This document shows, one piece after another, positions 10,281 to 21,595 of a stretch of 64,000 nucleotides of DNA. Source of the DNA: Verrucomicrobiota bacterium (GTDB lineage Bacteria; Verrucomicrobiota; Verrucomicrobiia; Verrucomicrobiales; DEV007). A program made the translations under genes and the position numbers. Every line of letters begins with the position of its first letter. Positions within the stretch are counted from its first letter, which is position 1. The notes below the pieces were generated by a model. It had not been told where the DNA came from, did no database searches, and saw only the letters and a list, made by a program, of their open reading frames with translations. The stretch covers positions 11,511-75,510 of the forward strand of contig JASFYY010000095.1 in NCBI GenBank assembly GCA_045046875.1. The letters are read 5' to 3'.

Positions 10281-10402
10281 AGATCGCGGAAAAGGTAACA
10301 CTTAAAAGATAACTAACGGGCAACAACATCCGTCAAAGTCGCAGCTCGGGTTTTAATTTCAGATCGTTAAATCCACACACCGCTAACAACTTAAAGCAGC
10401 TA

Positions 10403-11299
10403 ATGAAAAGACGACAAGCCCTCAAACAACTCACGCTCGGAGTGGGAGCCGCAACCCTCCCCATTGGATCATCCACCCTGCGGGCTGACGATCAATCCCC
10501 CTGGCTCAAACTCGCTGTGCAGCAATACAGCTTTAATCATCAGCTTCGTTCAGGGGAGCTGAAAATCGTCGATTACCCAAAAACAGTGGTGGATGGCACC
10601 GGTATCAAAGCACTTGAGTATTTCAATGGCCACATGGAGGACAAAGCAGGCAAACAACAATTTTTTAAAAATCTCCGCAAGCGAACTGACGACCTTGGCG
10701 CTGTAAATACCATGATTCTCTGTCGCAGCAAACACCCGCTCGACTCTCCCGACGCGAAAATTCGCGCTGCCGCCATTGAGGTTTATCGCCCTTGGCTGGA
10801 GGCCATGAAAATTCTCGGTGGTCTGTGCATTCGTGTCGATGTTCGAACGAAGGGTGATCCCGGCGAGCAGCAAAAACATGCTGCCGCGGGACTGCGGGCA
10901 CTGAGTGCCATTGCCGAAGACGATTTCGGGCTATCCATCGTGGTTGAGAACCACGGCGGACACTCAAGCACAGGAACCTGGGTCGCTGATCTAATGAAGA
11001 CCGTCGATCGCAAAAACTGCGGCACGCTGCCTGACTTTCAAAATTTCACCGACTACGATCCTTATAAAGGAGTCGAAGAGATGATGCCATGGGCCAAGGT
11101 GGTTTGTGCCAAATCAAAAGGCTTTGACTCCAGCGGCAATGAGTCCAACGTCGATTATCGCCGCATGTTAAAAATCGTCAAGAACAGCGGTTTCCACGGT
11201 TACATCGGCATTGAATTTGAAGGGCATGAGACCGACCCCATCAAGGGGATCAACCAAACCAAAAATCTGATCAAAAAGGTAATGACCGAGCTGGGCTGA
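10403..11299 (+). CDS. Tat-exported sugar phosphate isomerase/epimerase (xylose-isomerase-like TIM barrel)
   Basis: MKRRQAL twin-arginine leader; [24 protein letters not shown]. Confidence 0.85.
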   Translation: MKRRQALKQLTLGVGAATLPIGSSTLRADDQSPWLKLAVQQYSFNHQLRSGELKIVDYPKTVVDGTGIKALEYFNGHMEDKAGKQQFFKNLRKRTDDLGAVNTMILCRSKHPLDSPDAKIRAAAIEVYRPWLEAMKILGGLCIRVDVRTKGDPGEQQKHAAAGLRALSAIAEDDFGLSIVVENHGGHSSTGTWVADLMKTVDRKNCGTLPDFQNFTDYDPYKGVEEMMPWAKVVCAKSKGFDSSGNESNVDYRRMLKIVKNSGFHGYIGIEFEGHETDPIKGINQTKNLIKKVMTELG

Positions 11300-11328
11300 A
11301 ATTGCTCCAACCATTAGAATATCCAATC

Positions 11329-12963
11329 ATGAAACCCAATAGACTGAAAAACATTTTCTATTCCTTATCCGCATTCGTTCTATTGACGAACGCCAGCTAC
11401 GGCGACTCCCGCCCAAACATCGTTTTTGTCTTTTCCGACGACCACGCCACCCAGGCCATCAGTGCTTATGGAGGCAGACTCGCAAAAGTAGCCCCGACGC
11501 CCAACCTGGATCGCATCGCCGAGCAAGGAATGCGATTTGATCGCTGCATGGTCACCAACTCGATCTGCGGGCCCAGCCGAGCCACGATTTTGACCGGTAA
11601 ATACAGTCATAAAAACGGCTTTTACACCAATGAAAACACCGTCTTTGATGGTAGCCAACAAACCTTTCCCAAGCTGCTGCAAAAAGCTGGTTACCAGACT
11701 GCCATTATCGGCAAGTGGCATCTTGGCAGTAATCCCACCGGCTTTGATCACTGGGAAATTCTTCCCGGACAGGGCAGTTATTACAACCCGGATTTCATCA
11801 CCAAAGAAGGTAAACACCAGGAAACAGGATACGTCACTAACATCGTAACCGACAAAGCAAAAGCCTGGCTTGAGCAACGCGACAAGGACAAACCCTTCAT
11901 TTTGATGGTGCAGCACAAAGCCCCGCACCGGGCATGGGATCCCGCACCGGAATATCTTAGCACTTTCGATGACGTGGAAATCCCTGAGCCTGAGACCCTT
12001 TTTGATGATTATTCCGGTCGTGGCACCGCCGCCCGTGATCAGGACATGACGATCGAAAAAACCATGACTCTGGGCCGGGATCTCAAGGTGAAAGAAAAAG
12101 ACGTCACCGGCAGCTTCATGAAAAGAGGTTATGGACGATTGAACCCTGAACAGGCAGCACTGTGGGACGCCGCTTATCAGAAAAAAAACGATGCTTTCCT
12201 TGCCGCCAAATTAACAGGCAAGGAACTCACCCGTTGGAAATACCAACGATACATGAAGGACTATCTGCGCTGCATCAAATCAGTCGATGACAGCGTCGGG
12301 GAACTTCAGCAATACCTGACAAAAAACGGGCACTCTGAAAACACCGTTTTCATCTACTCCAGTGACCAGGGTTTTTACCTCGGTGAGCACGGTTGGTTCG
12401 ACAAACGTTTCATGTTCGACGAATCCTACCGCACCCCGCTGCTCGTCTCCTGGCCCGGCAAAATCAAAGCCGGCAGCGTCAACCGGGATCTGGTTTCAAA
12501 TCTTGATTTCGCCGAGACTTTTCTCGATCTTGCCGGAGCTGAGATTCCTCAAGACATGCAGGGGGCTAGTCTGGTGCCGATATTCAAAGACTCTAAACCC
12601 GCCGACTGGAGAAGCAGTCATTATTACCATTATTACGAATACCCCGGTTGGCACATGGTGCAACGACACGAAGGAATCTATGATGGTCGTTACAAACTCA
12701 TGCACTATTACGACGTCGATGAATGGGAGCTCTATGACATGAAGTCGGATCCACAGGAAATGAAAAGCGTGTATGGCCATCCCGATTACACCGAAATCAG
12801 TAAACGCCTGCATCGTGAACTTGATGGCCTGCGCAAACAATTTGATCTACCAGTCATTGAAAAACAGGATCTAAGCAATGTGAATATGCGTTATCATTCA
12901 GAGAGCCTGCGCAAAGCAGGCATCGCCAGAAAAAAATCTGCTGCTGCAAAAAAAGGAAACTAA
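11329..12963 (+). CDS. secreted sulfatase
   Basis: [45 protein letters not shown]. Confidence 0.94.
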   Translation: MKPNRLKNIFYSLSAFVLLTNASYGDSRPNIVFVFSDDHATQAISAYGGRLAKVAPTPNLDRIAEQGMRFDRCMVTNSICGPSRATILTGKYSHKNGFYTNENTVFDGSQQTFPKLLQKAGYQTAIIGKWHLGSNPTGFDHWEILPGQGSYYNPDFITKEGKHQETGYVTNIVTDKAKAWLEQRDKDKPFILMVQHKAPHRAWDPAPEYLSTFDDVEIPEPETLFDDYSGRGTAARDQDMTIEKTMTLGRDLKVKEKDVTGSFMKRGYGRLNPEQAALWDAAYQKKNDAFLAAKLTGKELTRWKYQRYMKDYLRCIKSVDDSVGELQQYLTKNGHSENTVFIYSSDQGFYLGEHGWFDKRFMFDESYRTPLLVSWPGKIKAGSVNRDLVSNLDFAETFLDLAGAEIPQDMQGASLVPIFKDSKPADWRSSHYYHYYEYPGWHMVQRHEGIYDGRYKLMHYYDVDEWELYDMKSDPQEMKSVYGHPDYTEISKRLHRELDGLRKQFDLPVIEKQDLSNVNMRYHSESLRKAGIARKKSAAAKKGN

Positions 12964-14051
12964 CGGATAATGATATCCGCCAGATTAGCATCCCATTTCA
13001 AACTGGCGGATATACTCAACCCTCCATCATCACCAATCTTGAATGCTGTCAGGGTCGCCGCCCGGGTCGCTGATACCATCAAGTAGTCACCCTGCGGGGA
13101 AAGATGCAAGGCCCAGGGGATTTTATCAGCCTGCGTAAGTCCCAGTAGTTCAACTTGGCCATCAGCCAGAACCTTATAACGGGCGATTTTATCAAAATCC
13201 CGTGTCAGTCCTCGAATGCCGGCAAAAAGAAAACGCCCATCCGGCGTGATCACCACATCGGAAGCGGTAATACCCTGTTTATCAAACGCGGGCTCAACTG
13301 CTTCACACACCTGAAAAATTTTGAGCTGTCCGGAGCCTGTTCGAGAATACACCGAAACCCCCAAACCTTGTTCATTGCTGAAATAAACGGTCGGCAAGCT
13401 GGGATGATAAATCATGTGCCGGGGACCCGTCCCCGCCGGAGGGCTGGCACTTTTAGGATCAAGAGCTTTTAGCTGCCCGCTGTTTTCATCAAAAGCATAT
13501 TGATACAACTCGTTGTTATCTTTCACATAAGGGATATAAACAAAACGATTATCCGGTGATGGCAAAACACAGTGCGCATTTTTCCGCCCCTCATCCAAAC
13601 CACTGACATGCGCTTTTAAAACCCCGCTCTGATCGAGTGAATACACATCCACAAATCCATCCCCGTAATTGGCTGTCAGCAGAAATTTATTTTTCCGGTC
13701 GAGGCTGAGAAAAGCCGCTCCGTGTTTCAACTTGAAAGGGATCACTTTTTCAACAAATCCTTGCTCATTTAAAATTACAGTGGCTCCAGGAACCTTGCCT
13801 TCCTCCCCACCCGAAGCTGACACGTAAAGCATCGGTTTTTCTGGATGTTGAGTCATCGATCCGGCAGGGAATCCCAAATCCGCGGATTCCACTTGTTTCA
13901 AACTGAGTTTGCCATCCTTCACTTTTGCCTCGGCAATCAACAAGGCCTGGCTTACCCGACTCGGGGCGTAGATTTTAAATTCGGAGTCGGCAGCCAGGGA
14001 TGTCATTGAGATGAATAAGCTGCTGCAGAAAACAGTAAAAAGAACCTTCAT
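12960..14051 (-). CDS. 6-phosphogluconolactonase-like 7-bladed lactonase
   Basis: [40 protein letters not shown]. Confidence 0.85.
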   Translation of the reverse strand: MKVLFTVFCSSLFISMTSLAADSEFKIYAPSRVSQALLIAEAKVKDGKLSLKQVESADLGFPAGSMTQHPEKPMLYVSASGGEEGKVPGATVILNEQGFVEKVIPFKLKHGAAFLSLDRKNKFLLTANYGDGFVDVYSLDQSGVLKAHVSGLDEGRKNAHCVLPSPDNRFVYIPYVKDNNELYQYAFDENSGQLKALDPKSASPPAGTGPRHMIYHPSLPTVYFSNEQGLGVSVYSRTGSGQLKIFQVCEAVEPAFDKQGITASDVVITPDGRFLFAGIRGLTRDFDKIARYKVLADGQVELLGLTQADKIPWALHLSPQGDYLMVSATRAATLTAFKIGDDGGLSISASLKWDANLADIIIR

Positions 14052-14163
14052 AATCCATCAATCAACAGCCTGATGCCAGGGAGTCAAACCATTCGCTTGC
14101 CACCATTGACACAATGAAAGACACATGGCTGCTTTGCATTCCATCTTGCCCACTAAATATTTC

Positions 14164-15114
14164 ATGAAACTCCCCTTCTACCTGACCCTGTTTTTCATAC
14201 TGCCCTTCAGCCTGTTTTCAGCCCCGCATCCCGGGCACCGTCTGATGCTTGGTTATGGAGAAGGCCTGATGGAACTGGATAAAAATAACAACACCGTCTG
14301 GCATTATCAAAATCCCGAGATCGAACTGGTGCACGACGTTTGGAAATTGGACAATGGCAACGTTCTCTTCTCCCACCGCTACGGCGTTCGTGAAGTCGAT
14401 GCCGACAAACAAACCATCTGGGATTTCAAAGTGCCCCGGGAAAAAGGCAAACAGGAAATCAACGCCTGCCAACCACTGGAGAACGGCAAGGTGATGATCC
14501 TCGACTGTGGCAACCAGAAAATCCTCGAAGTCGACCGCGACTACAAGGTGACTCTGTCCATCGACCTGCCGGATGGCGGCAAAAACTCCCACACCCGTTA
14601 CATGCAGGCGCGCAAAACAGCTCAAGGCACTTACTTGATTTCCTACCGTGAAAAAGCTAAAATTCTCGAGCTGAACACAAACGGCGACATCATTTGGCAA
14701 TACCAACTGGAAAAAACCGATCGCCCTTTCACTGCCATCCGGCTGGAAAACGGCAATACACTGGTTCCCTGCATCACCTCCAACCGCATCATTGAAATCT
14801 CCCCTGATAAAAAAATCACCTGGGAACTGAACAGTAAAGATGAGCTCGGATTTCAGATTCTCTATCCGGTCGGCGTGCAAGTGCTCAAAAACGGCAACCT
14901 GGTCGTGATCAATTCGGACTACCATCACCGCAAGGGATCAAACAACGATGTGCAGGCCTTTGAAATCACTCGTGATAAAAAAGTGCTGTGGACACTGAAA
15001 AAATCGGATCTCGAAAACGACGGCAAAGTCCCGGTAGTTGAACGCGGAACCAAAATGCCTTCCCACCATCTGCTGGGCATTCAAGTCATCGGCGAAAACC
15101 CCTCATTGAAATAA
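14164..15114 (+). CDS. secreted beta-propeller repeat protein
   Basis: Repeated LxNGNxL...EVD...(I/V)W units; signal peptide from ATG 14164. Confidence 0.7.
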   Translation: MKLPFYLTLFFILPFSLFSAPHPGHRLMLGYGEGLMELDKNNNTVWHYQNPEIELVHDVWKLDNGNVLFSHRYGVREVDADKQTIWDFKVPREKGKQEINACQPLENGKVMILDCGNQKILEVDRDYKVTLSIDLPDGGKNSHTRYMQARKTAQGTYLISYREKAKILELNTNGDIIWQYQLEKTDRPFTAIRLENGNTLVPCITSNRIIEISPDKKITWELNSKDELGFQILYPVGVQVLKNGNLVVINSDYHHRKGSNNDVQAFEITRDKKVLWTLKKSDLENDGKVPVVERGTKMPSHHLLGIQVIGENPSLK

Positions 15115-15154
15115 ACATTAACCTTTCCAACAAATACCTATACCACCCCAAGCT

Positions 15155-16609
15155 ATGAAAATATCTCTCAAGAACACCACTCAAGCCCTCTCAAAAACCG
15201 ACCTACTTGTCATTTTTGCGCGCCAAGGCTCCAAAGCCAAACTGCCTCAAGGAGTGCAAGTCCCACCGCTCGCGCTCAAATCATTCGAGGGAAAAGAACG
15301 CGAGATGCGCCTGACCGATGCCACCGACGGCCCCGCCGCACGCGTCCTGTTGATCGGCTTGGGTGACAGCAAAACCATCGACTGCGAAACCTTGCGCCGC
15401 TGTGGTGCTCTGGCGACAAAAAAAGCCGAGAAAACCCATTCCGCCTCCGTCGCCATCTATTTTGATCTACCTGTCGGCAAACAGAGTGAAACCCTCGGCC
15501 AGGCCCTCGCCGAAGGAGCCGTGATGGGAGCCTATCGTCTCACCGATTTTCAAAGCACCGCCAAACCAGCTGCCTTGAAACGCCTGCTCATCTACGGCAA
15601 TAAAGAATTCAAGCTCGGCGCAATACACGGACAAATCATTGCCCAGGCCAACTGCCTGGCTCGTCGGCTCAAGGACACCCCTGGCAATTTGATGCGCCCA
15701 CGCGACCTCGTTAGTGAAGCAAAAAAAATCGCAAAAAACAGCTCCTCCCTCAGCGTCAAAATCATCGACGAAAAAGCGATGGCTCGACTCAAGATGGATG
15801 CCCTGCTGTCCGTTTCAAAAGGCTCCTGCGAACCTGCCTACCTGATCCACCTGATCTACAAGCCCAAAAAGAAGAGCTCTCGCAAAATTTGTCTGGTCGG
15901 CAAAGGACTCACCTTTGATGCCGGCGGCATCAGCCTCAAACCCTCCGGCAAGATGGACGAAATGAAATACGACATGTCCGGAGGAGCCGCTGTTTTAGGT
16001 GTTTTCAAAGCACTCGCCGAAATGGACATCGATGCCGAGGTTCACGGACTGGTCCCCACTTCGGAAAACCTGCCTGACGGCAAAGCGGTCAAACCGGGTG
16101 ATCTGGTCACCGCCATGAACGGGCTCAGCATCGAGGTTCTCAACACTGACGCCGAAGGACGATTGATTCTCGCCGATGCTCTTTGTTACGCCAAAGAAAA
16201 AATCAAACCTGATGCCATGATCGATCTCGCCACCCTCACCGGCGCGGTGGTGGTCGCTCTTGGTCACGAGATGAGCGGAGTGATGGGCAACGATCAGAAC
16301 GTGATCGACGATCTGATTGCCGCCGGAAAACGCAGCGGCGAACTGGTCTGGCCGCTACCGCTGCACGACGTTCATCAGGAAGAGATGAAAGGCAAAGTAG
16401 GCGACCTGCGTAACATCAGTAGCCCCGGAGCCGGAGCCGGATCCTCCACTGGCGGCGCCTTTTTATCCAACTTCGTCGACGACATCCCCTGGGCCCATCT
16501 CGACATCGCCGGCAGCGCCTGGGGCGCCGCAGACCGGGATTACCAAGGCGGTGCCAAAGGCACCGGCGTCGGCGTGCGCCTGCTCATCGATTATCTACAG
16601 CAAAGCTAA
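15155..16609 (+). CDS. pepA: leucyl aminopeptidase (M17)
   Basis: VGKGLTFDAGG, MKYDMSG, NTDAEGRL, DLATLTGA, WAHLDIAG. Confidence 0.95.
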   Translation: MKISLKNTTQALSKTDLLVIFARQGSKAKLPQGVQVPPLALKSFEGKEREMRLTDATDGPAARVLLIGLGDSKTIDCETLRRCGALATKKAEKTHSASVAIYFDLPVGKQSETLGQALAEGAVMGAYRLTDFQSTAKPAALKRLLIYGNKEFKLGAIHGQIIAQANCLARRLKDTPGNLMRPRDLVSEAKKIAKNSSSLSVKIIDEKAMARLKMDALLSVSKGSCEPAYLIHLIYKPKKKSSRKICLVGKGLTFDAGGISLKPSGKMDEMKYDMSGGAAVLGVFKALAEMDIDAEVHGLVPTSENLPDGKAVKPGDLVTAMNGLSIEVLNTDAEGRLILADALCYAKEKIKPDAMIDLATLTGAVVVALGHEMSGVMGNDQNVIDDLIAAGKRSGELVWPLPLHDVHQEEMKGKVGDLRNISSPGAGAGSSTGGAFLSNFVDDIPWAHLDIAGSAWGAADRDYQGGAKGTGVGVRLLIDYLQQS

Positions 16610-16647
16610 AAAATCCGTAAAAAACAAACCCCGCAACAAAAAAACGT

Positions 16648-16681
16648 ACCGATAGAATGTCCGGCTGGACATTCTATCGGT
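16648..16681. terminator. 15-bp-arm hairpin downstream of pepA (terminator or REP)
   Basis: ACCGATAGAATGTCC-GGCT-GGACATTCTATCGGT perfect inverted repeat. Confidence 0.6.
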
Positions 16682-16819
16682 CGTCACCTGCCCTCAATGA
16701 CAGAACAATGCGAGGGTTGGCTTGTGCCGACAAAAGATGAGTGATGGTTCGCATATCAAAAGTGCGGGCGCTGTCTCGCAAAGCTCGCCCCCCCATGCGC
16801 GAATCGCATGAAATAAAAA

Positions 16820-17032
16820 TTCAGAACACCAGACACCTTCTGGGAAAATGTTGTTGGAATGAGGTGCTCTAAATTTGAGAGTAAAATTAAAAGCGATACC
16901 CAAACGAGAAAAACGGATTGCCAATCCATTCCACATGCTGATGCTAATGCTAATGCGAAAAATTTCAATAATCTGCGGGCATCAGTTCAGAGTGATATCA
17001 GAATAAGGTCATCCCATGTCTGGTGTTCTGAA
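16820..17032. mobile_element. 213-bp MITE-like element with 16-bp terminal inverted repeats
   Basis: TTCAGAACACCAGACA (16820-16835) / TGTCTGGTGTTCTGAA (17017-17032); left ~95 bp recurs inverted at 23334-23422. Confidence 0.6.
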
Positions 17033-17100
17033 CTTATCGAATTAAAAACTTTACAGGTTCTAATAGCCTTTTTTGTTTCCCAACTCAAGCCTCTTCCCCC

Positions 17101-17129
17101 ATCAGTGCACATCAGTGAAATCAGTGGTT
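17101..17129. repeat. ATCAGTG periodic repeat, same family as 5647-5676
   Basis: ATCAGTGCACATCAGTGAAATCAGTGGTT. Confidence 0.7.
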
Positions 17130-17156
17130 AAAAAAATGTCTTGTGGCGTGCTCCCC

Positions 17157-18323
17157 CTACTTTACCGAACCCACTGGATAATCCTTCCACAGCCATTCCA
17201 ACGCGTGAGGCAGGAATTGCGCTTTGGCATTGCCGATGCCGTGACGGGCATCGAGGCAATACAAATACTGATAGTGATAGCCCTTGTCCTTCAGCACTTT
17301 TGCCATACGATTATTGGCCGCCACCCAGTCATGCATGTCATCACGCATGATGTTAGGATTGAGCAAATCACGATCGCCAACGGCCAGGAAAATCCGCAGC
17401 GGCTTCACTTCGCTGTTTGGGATCAATGTTTTATGAAAACCCCAGGCACCATCTGGAAACTTGGGATCAAAAGGCCAGGCTTGGTTCACAAAGGTGCCTG
17501 AGGTGGTCAGCACCCGATGATACAAATCCGGACGAAACCACGCCATGATCAACGCTGCCGAACCACCGGAACTGCTGCCCATGACCGCACGTGCGTTCGG
17601 GTCTTTACTCAGTTTCACCTTATACTTTTTCTCTACCTGCGGCAATATGTGGGTTTCAATATACTCGGCAAACATGCCTGACATATTATCATACTCACGC
17701 CCACGCTCATGCCCCTGGGCATCACCTCCTCCATTGGCGATCATGATGGCGACCATCGGTGGGACTCGTTTCTGGGCAATCAAGTTGTCGAGGATACGTG
17801 GCATTCTCATATCCGGCTTTCCTACCACCTTGGAGCCATCGTGTGAGACGATGAAAGGCGCATCGCTGCCTGGTTGATACTGCGCTGGAATGTAAACGGT
17901 GATGGTTCGTTTGTAGTCGATCTCATGGGTTTCGACAATCAGCGTCTTGGGGTTGTTCGGATCCAGTTCACCAAAAACATCCCGGGCGATTCCCGGATTA
18001 TAAAGCGTGCCGGTCTTCGAATCGATACTGAACTGATGCACCGCCCCCTGCGGAACTCCTTCAACGACCTTGAGCTCGGGAGCCGGAATGTAATCCGGCC
18101 CGATCAGAAAATCACCATCCACGTCAGCAGGTGGATTCACTCCTGGTTTCCCGTCCAGCCGGATGAAGGTCAGTGTTCCCGGTGCATCAAACGCACGCGT
18201 TGGAGGCGTCGGACGTTTCTGCTTCTTCGGGGCTGGCTTTTTCGAATCCGCACCCAATGCCGGTGTGGACAACACACAGGAAAAGGCAAAAACAAAAAGC
18301 GATGCTGTAATGATATATTTCAT
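17157..18323 (-). CDS. enterochelin-esterase-like alpha/beta hydrolase
   Basis: RTITVYIPAQY, LDNLIAQKRVPPM, ERGREYD, GSSSGG nucleophile. Confidence 0.85.
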   Translation of the reverse strand: MKYIITASLFVFAFSCVLSTPALGADSKKPAPKKQKRPTPPTRAFDAPGTLTFIRLDGKPGVNPPADVDGDFLIGPDYIPAPELKVVEGVPQGAVHQFSIDSKTGTLYNPGIARDVFGELDPNNPKTLIVETHEIDYKRTITVYIPAQYQPGSDAPFIVSHDGSKVVGKPDMRMPRILDNLIAQKRVPPMVAIMIANGGGDAQGHERGREYDNMSGMFAEYIETHILPQVEKKYKVKLSKDPNARAVMGSSSGGSAALIMAWFRPDLYHRVLTTSGTFVNQAWPFDPKFPDGAWGFHKTLIPNSEVKPLRIFLAVGDRDLLNPNIMRDDMHDWVAANNRMAKVLKDKGYHYQYLYCLDARHGIGNAKAQFLPHALEWLWKDYPVGSVK

Positions 18324-18389
18324 AGTAAATTTTGTTAATTGAGTGTCGAACAGATCGACTAATGTGAAACTATATTTTTTCCAAACCCC

Positions 18390-19790
18390 TTATTTTCGTT
18401 CGCCTCCCTCTTCCCACAATTGCTGCAACAATTTCACCGCCGTATCCACCAGCATCTGGATCCCTTCAAGCGACACAAAATTCACACCTGCCAGAGTTTC
18501 GTATCCCTCGTGCTGAAATCCTTGCGCGGTGGGCTCGTAACCGATCCAATCGTTGGTCAATTCACTCACAATGGTGTGGGGGAAAGGCGAGCGTTTTTTC
18601 ATATCGATTCCCCATTCCACAAAAAGTTCCCCGGAATTGGTCGCGATGCCCAAGGGGCCAATCCGCGCAGCGCTTACCGGGACTTTGCGGGTCCTGGGCA
18701 TCTTGGCTGCGGTGCGCTTGGCAGAGTCAAACATGTCCGGTCGCCATCCCAAGCGGGCAATAGCTCCTTCTCGTTGTTTGGTCGGATCACTCAGCGGCAC
18801 CTCCACATCGCGTCGCACGCAACCCACGGCTACCGCCCCCTTAATAAGGGTTGCCCCTTTGGCCGCAGCCACCGCGGCCCTCGCAAAAACTGCGCCTTGC
18901 TCTCGCCAATCGTCATTCAGCTCACCTGTGGGGTTGATATTGCCCGAGCAACCCTGGGTAAATACGCTCACCGCTTCTTCCCCATATTCTTTGCCAATAT
19001 GCTCCGCAATCAATCCGGGAAAATCCGCGGACCAGGTTCTGAGACGAGCGCGATCACGGTGATGAGGGTGACAGGTAAAATTCACCAATGTGCCCAACAC
19101 TCGTCCATCCAGGGTATCGAAACGAGCTAACCACAACTCAGGGTCGATCGGCCCCTCCGTGCCGAGCACCTGCGGAGTTTGCTCCAGGTCATTCAGCTTC
19201 TTCAGCCAGGTATTCAACACCAATCCATCAGCCTTACTTATCACTCGCCGGTTATGATGACCTTCGTAAACCAGTGAACGTCCCAGGAACATACGAGCCG
19301 CTTGACGTGTTTTGTAAGCCTGCTCGATGCTATCCGCAATAAGCCCCGGCAAAGTTGACAAATAATCCTTGTTCTTCTCTCCCCCCATCGGAACAAAAGG
19401 TGAACTGTGATTGTGAGTTGGACAGATCAATATCGTATTTCCATCAATCCCTGTCCGCTTAGCCGCCTCGGCGATAGCCGCATCAGCCAGATCCCGGCGA
19501 ATTTTGACAAGATCCAAACTCACAATGACGACCGTATTTCCACCACTCAGAGCCACCAGAGTCCTGGCCATCAGCGGATCCTCCATGCCAACACTGATCG
19601 GAAGACGCGGGCCAGTCATGATAGTTCCAACCGGCGGAGTGATCTCCACCTGACCGAACCCGACTTCCAATACCCCCGGCGGGCCATCGACCTCCGCCGC
19701 ATGCGCAGAAGCTCCGGATAGAACCAACACCACCAGCAAAATCAAAAGGCCTCTCAGCAGATTACCCGTATTTCGATTTCTCATTTTCAT
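18390..19790 (-). CDS. neutral/alkaline ceramidase-like amidohydrolase
   Basis: EITPPVG, DPLMAR, PTHNHSSP, VNFTCHP, QGCSGNINP, GELFVE. Confidence 0.75.
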   Translation of the reverse strand: MKMRNRNTGNLLRGLLILLVVLVLSGASAHAAEVDGPPGVLEVGFGQVEITPPVGTIMTGPRLPISVGMEDPLMARTLVALSGGNTVVIVSLDLVKIRRDLADAAIAEAAKRTGIDGNTILICPTHNHSSPFVPMGGEKNKDYLSTLPGLIADSIEQAYKTRQAARMFLGRSLVYEGHHNRRVISKADGLVLNTWLKKLNDLEQTPQVLGTEGPIDPELWLARFDTLDGRVLGTLVNFTCHPHHRDRARLRTWSADFPGLIAEHIGKEYGEEAVSVFTQGCSGNINPTGELNDDWREQGAVFARAAVAAAKGATLIKGAVAVGCVRRDVEVPLSDPTKQREGAIARLGWRPDMFDSAKRTAAKMPRTRKVPVSAARIGPLGIATNSGELFVEWGIDMKKRSPFPHTIVSELTNDWIGYEPTAQGFQHEGYETLAGVNFVSLEGIQMLVDTAVKLLQQLWEEGGERK

Positions 19791-19877
19791 CTCTTCGCTA
19801 TTGAATGGTTTCAACCTTTCCGACGACGCTTAGCTCATCTCAAACAAAGCCCGGTCGGATCAACCAAGCCAATAACA

Positions 19878-20648
19878 TCAGGCTTTCGGTTTTTTAACTT
19901 TAGGTTTTTTTACCTGGACCGGCTCAAAAGCAGGAAAGCCTGTTCTACGTTTTTCCCAGCCTGCTTGTTTTTCCTTTTTTACCGTCCAAATGGTCATGTT
20001 ATCCAATTCAACCTTGCCCTTTCTCGGATCTGCAATTCCAAAGCCATTTCCTCCGCTCTTGGTTTCAGTCTTAAATGAATCCCTCTTGGCGTAGAGGGTC
20101 GGGCCGTCCGCGATCTGAAAAACAAACTCACCGTTCTGCATTTCTGCCAGTGCGTGATACCACTTTCCCGACTCCCAAACGAAATCCTTGGCTTCGGCCA
20201 GTTTCATCACTTCATGATCACTCAACAAGCTGGCGCCATTTTTGCTGAATCGCACCCGGCACACGTGATGGCCAAATTCTATAAACGGCACAATCGAATT
20301 TTCCTTACCTTCGATAAAGCGGAATGAAAACTCTGCGACAAATTCCGCTGGTGTCACCGGAATGCTGATACGCGCCTCATAACCAAAGTGATCTTTTTTC
20401 CTGGCCTGGTATTCAGCTGAAGATTGCTGTCCCTGCAATACTCCATCAGCGATTTGCCAGCGGGTTCCCTGGCGAGCCTGCCACACCCCTTTTTTCAACT
20501 CATGCTGCTTGGAAAAATCATCCTGCAATACCGCCTGATCCGGAACCGCCATCAAAGGCTTCAATTTCAAAGGAGGCTCTGCCCTTAGTGATTGAGCCGT
20601 CAGGACAGTGAAAATGGCTAACAATGAGGCTGTTGATTTTATTTGCAT
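19878..20648 (-). CDS. secreted hypothetical protein, DUF1080/LamG-like
   Basis: Signal peptide; LQDDFS, WQIADGVLQG, KWYHALAE, VELDNMTIW. Confidence 0.65.
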   Translation of the reverse strand: MQIKSTASLLAIFTVLTAQSLRAEPPLKLKPLMAVPDQAVLQDDFSKQHELKKGVWQARQGTRWQIADGVLQGQQSSAEYQARKKDHFGYEARISIPVTPAEFVAEFSFRFIEGKENSIVPFIEFGHHVCRVRFSKNGASLLSDHEVMKLAEAKDFVWESGKWYHALAEMQNGEFVFQIADGPTLYAKRDSFKTETKSGGNGFGIADPRKGKVELDNMTIWTVKKEKQAGWEKRRTGFPAFEPVQVKKPKVKKPKA

Positions 20649-20752
20649 AGGAGTGGAGTTCGTAAAAACAGATTCAGACCCAAGCTAATGATTCACCCAC
20701 TCTTTGCAATGACGTGATCGCGTGCGAGTTCAGACTCTTAAGGCCACGGTTC

Positions 20753-21427
20753 CTATATATACGCCAGAACCTCTTCGCGTTTGTTCAACTGAAACCGCAC
20801 CATGGTTGCCGCGCCCTCACCGTCACCGGCTTCCAATAACTTCAGCAACTCGGCATGTGAACGCAGCGCTTCATTGATCACTTCAGGATTTAAAATGTCG
20901 GGGTTCTCCCTCTGTGCCTGAAAACAAAGATTGATCAAACTGAGATCATTCATGATTTTTTCCAACCAGACATTGCGCGAAGCTTTTATCAGAATCTCGT
21001 GAAACTGCTCGTCATGACGCAACCAACGCCCCATCTGTTCCGCACTCGCCTTGCCATCGTTGGTCAGAATTTCCTCTCCCGTCGTCGCCCATGAGCGCAT
21101 GACGATCCACAAATCGGCGAGTTCATAATCAGTGATATGCCTCGCCGCCTGCGCCGCCGCATAAGGTTCAAACAATTCCCTCACGTCATATAGCTGGGCC
21201 AATTCCTGGCGACCGATTTTCCTCACAAAAGCACCCGCACCCGGCACCTGCTCCACCACCCCTTCACTGCTCAAACGCTTGATCGCCTCACGCACCGGAA
21301 TAAAACTCATGCCCATCTCGCTTGCCAAAGTGCGATTAACCAGGCGATCCCCAGCTTGAAGCTCACCGCTGAACACCTTTTGCCTCAAATTCTGGTAAGC
21401 TTTTTCACTGAGTGTGGTTTCAGACAT
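20753..21427 (-). CDS. GntR-family (FCD) transcriptional regulator
   Basis: LSEKAYQNLR...GELQAGDRL...PVREAIKRL HTH; DEQFHE...H FCD motif. Confidence 0.92.
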   Translation of the reverse strand: MSETTLSEKAYQNLRQKVFSGELQAGDRLVNRTLASEMGMSFIPVREAIKRLSSEGVVEQVPGAGAFVRKIGRQELAQLYDVRELFEPYAAAQAARHITDYELADLWIVMRSWATTGEEILTNDGKASAEQMGRWLRHDEQFHEILIKASRNVWLEKIMNDLSLINLCFQAQRENPDILNPEVINEALRSHAELLKLLEAGDGEGAATMVRFQLNKREEVLAYI

Positions 21428-21486
21428 GGATGACTAGTGGGACTACAGTTTATTTCCGCTTTACTCAGCAAGAGCTCATGTTATTC

Positions 21487-21595
21487 TATGTTATAACACT
21501 TTAATCCTCCGCTGGCATCATGTCACGCACAAATATCATAAAACCCTCAACCCCTTATTCATCAATGAAAATACGACTCTCTTATGTTATAACAT
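21487..21595. promoter_or_regulatory. two TATGTTATAACA palindromic sites, probable GntR operators
   Basis: TGTTATAACA at 21489-21498 and ATGTTATAACAT at 21584-21595, between or at the starts of the divergent regulator and sialidase. Confidence 0.65.

Noticed and set aside
14218..14928. 236-aa minus-strand ORF
   Set aside because: Antisense shadow of the propeller gene
16694..17131. Short ORFs of 70-90 aa, and the 90-aa ORF at 23213-23485 sharing KFESK..SDT.TRKT
   Set aside because: Similarity is explained by the DNA repeat; flanks unrelated, no convincing starts
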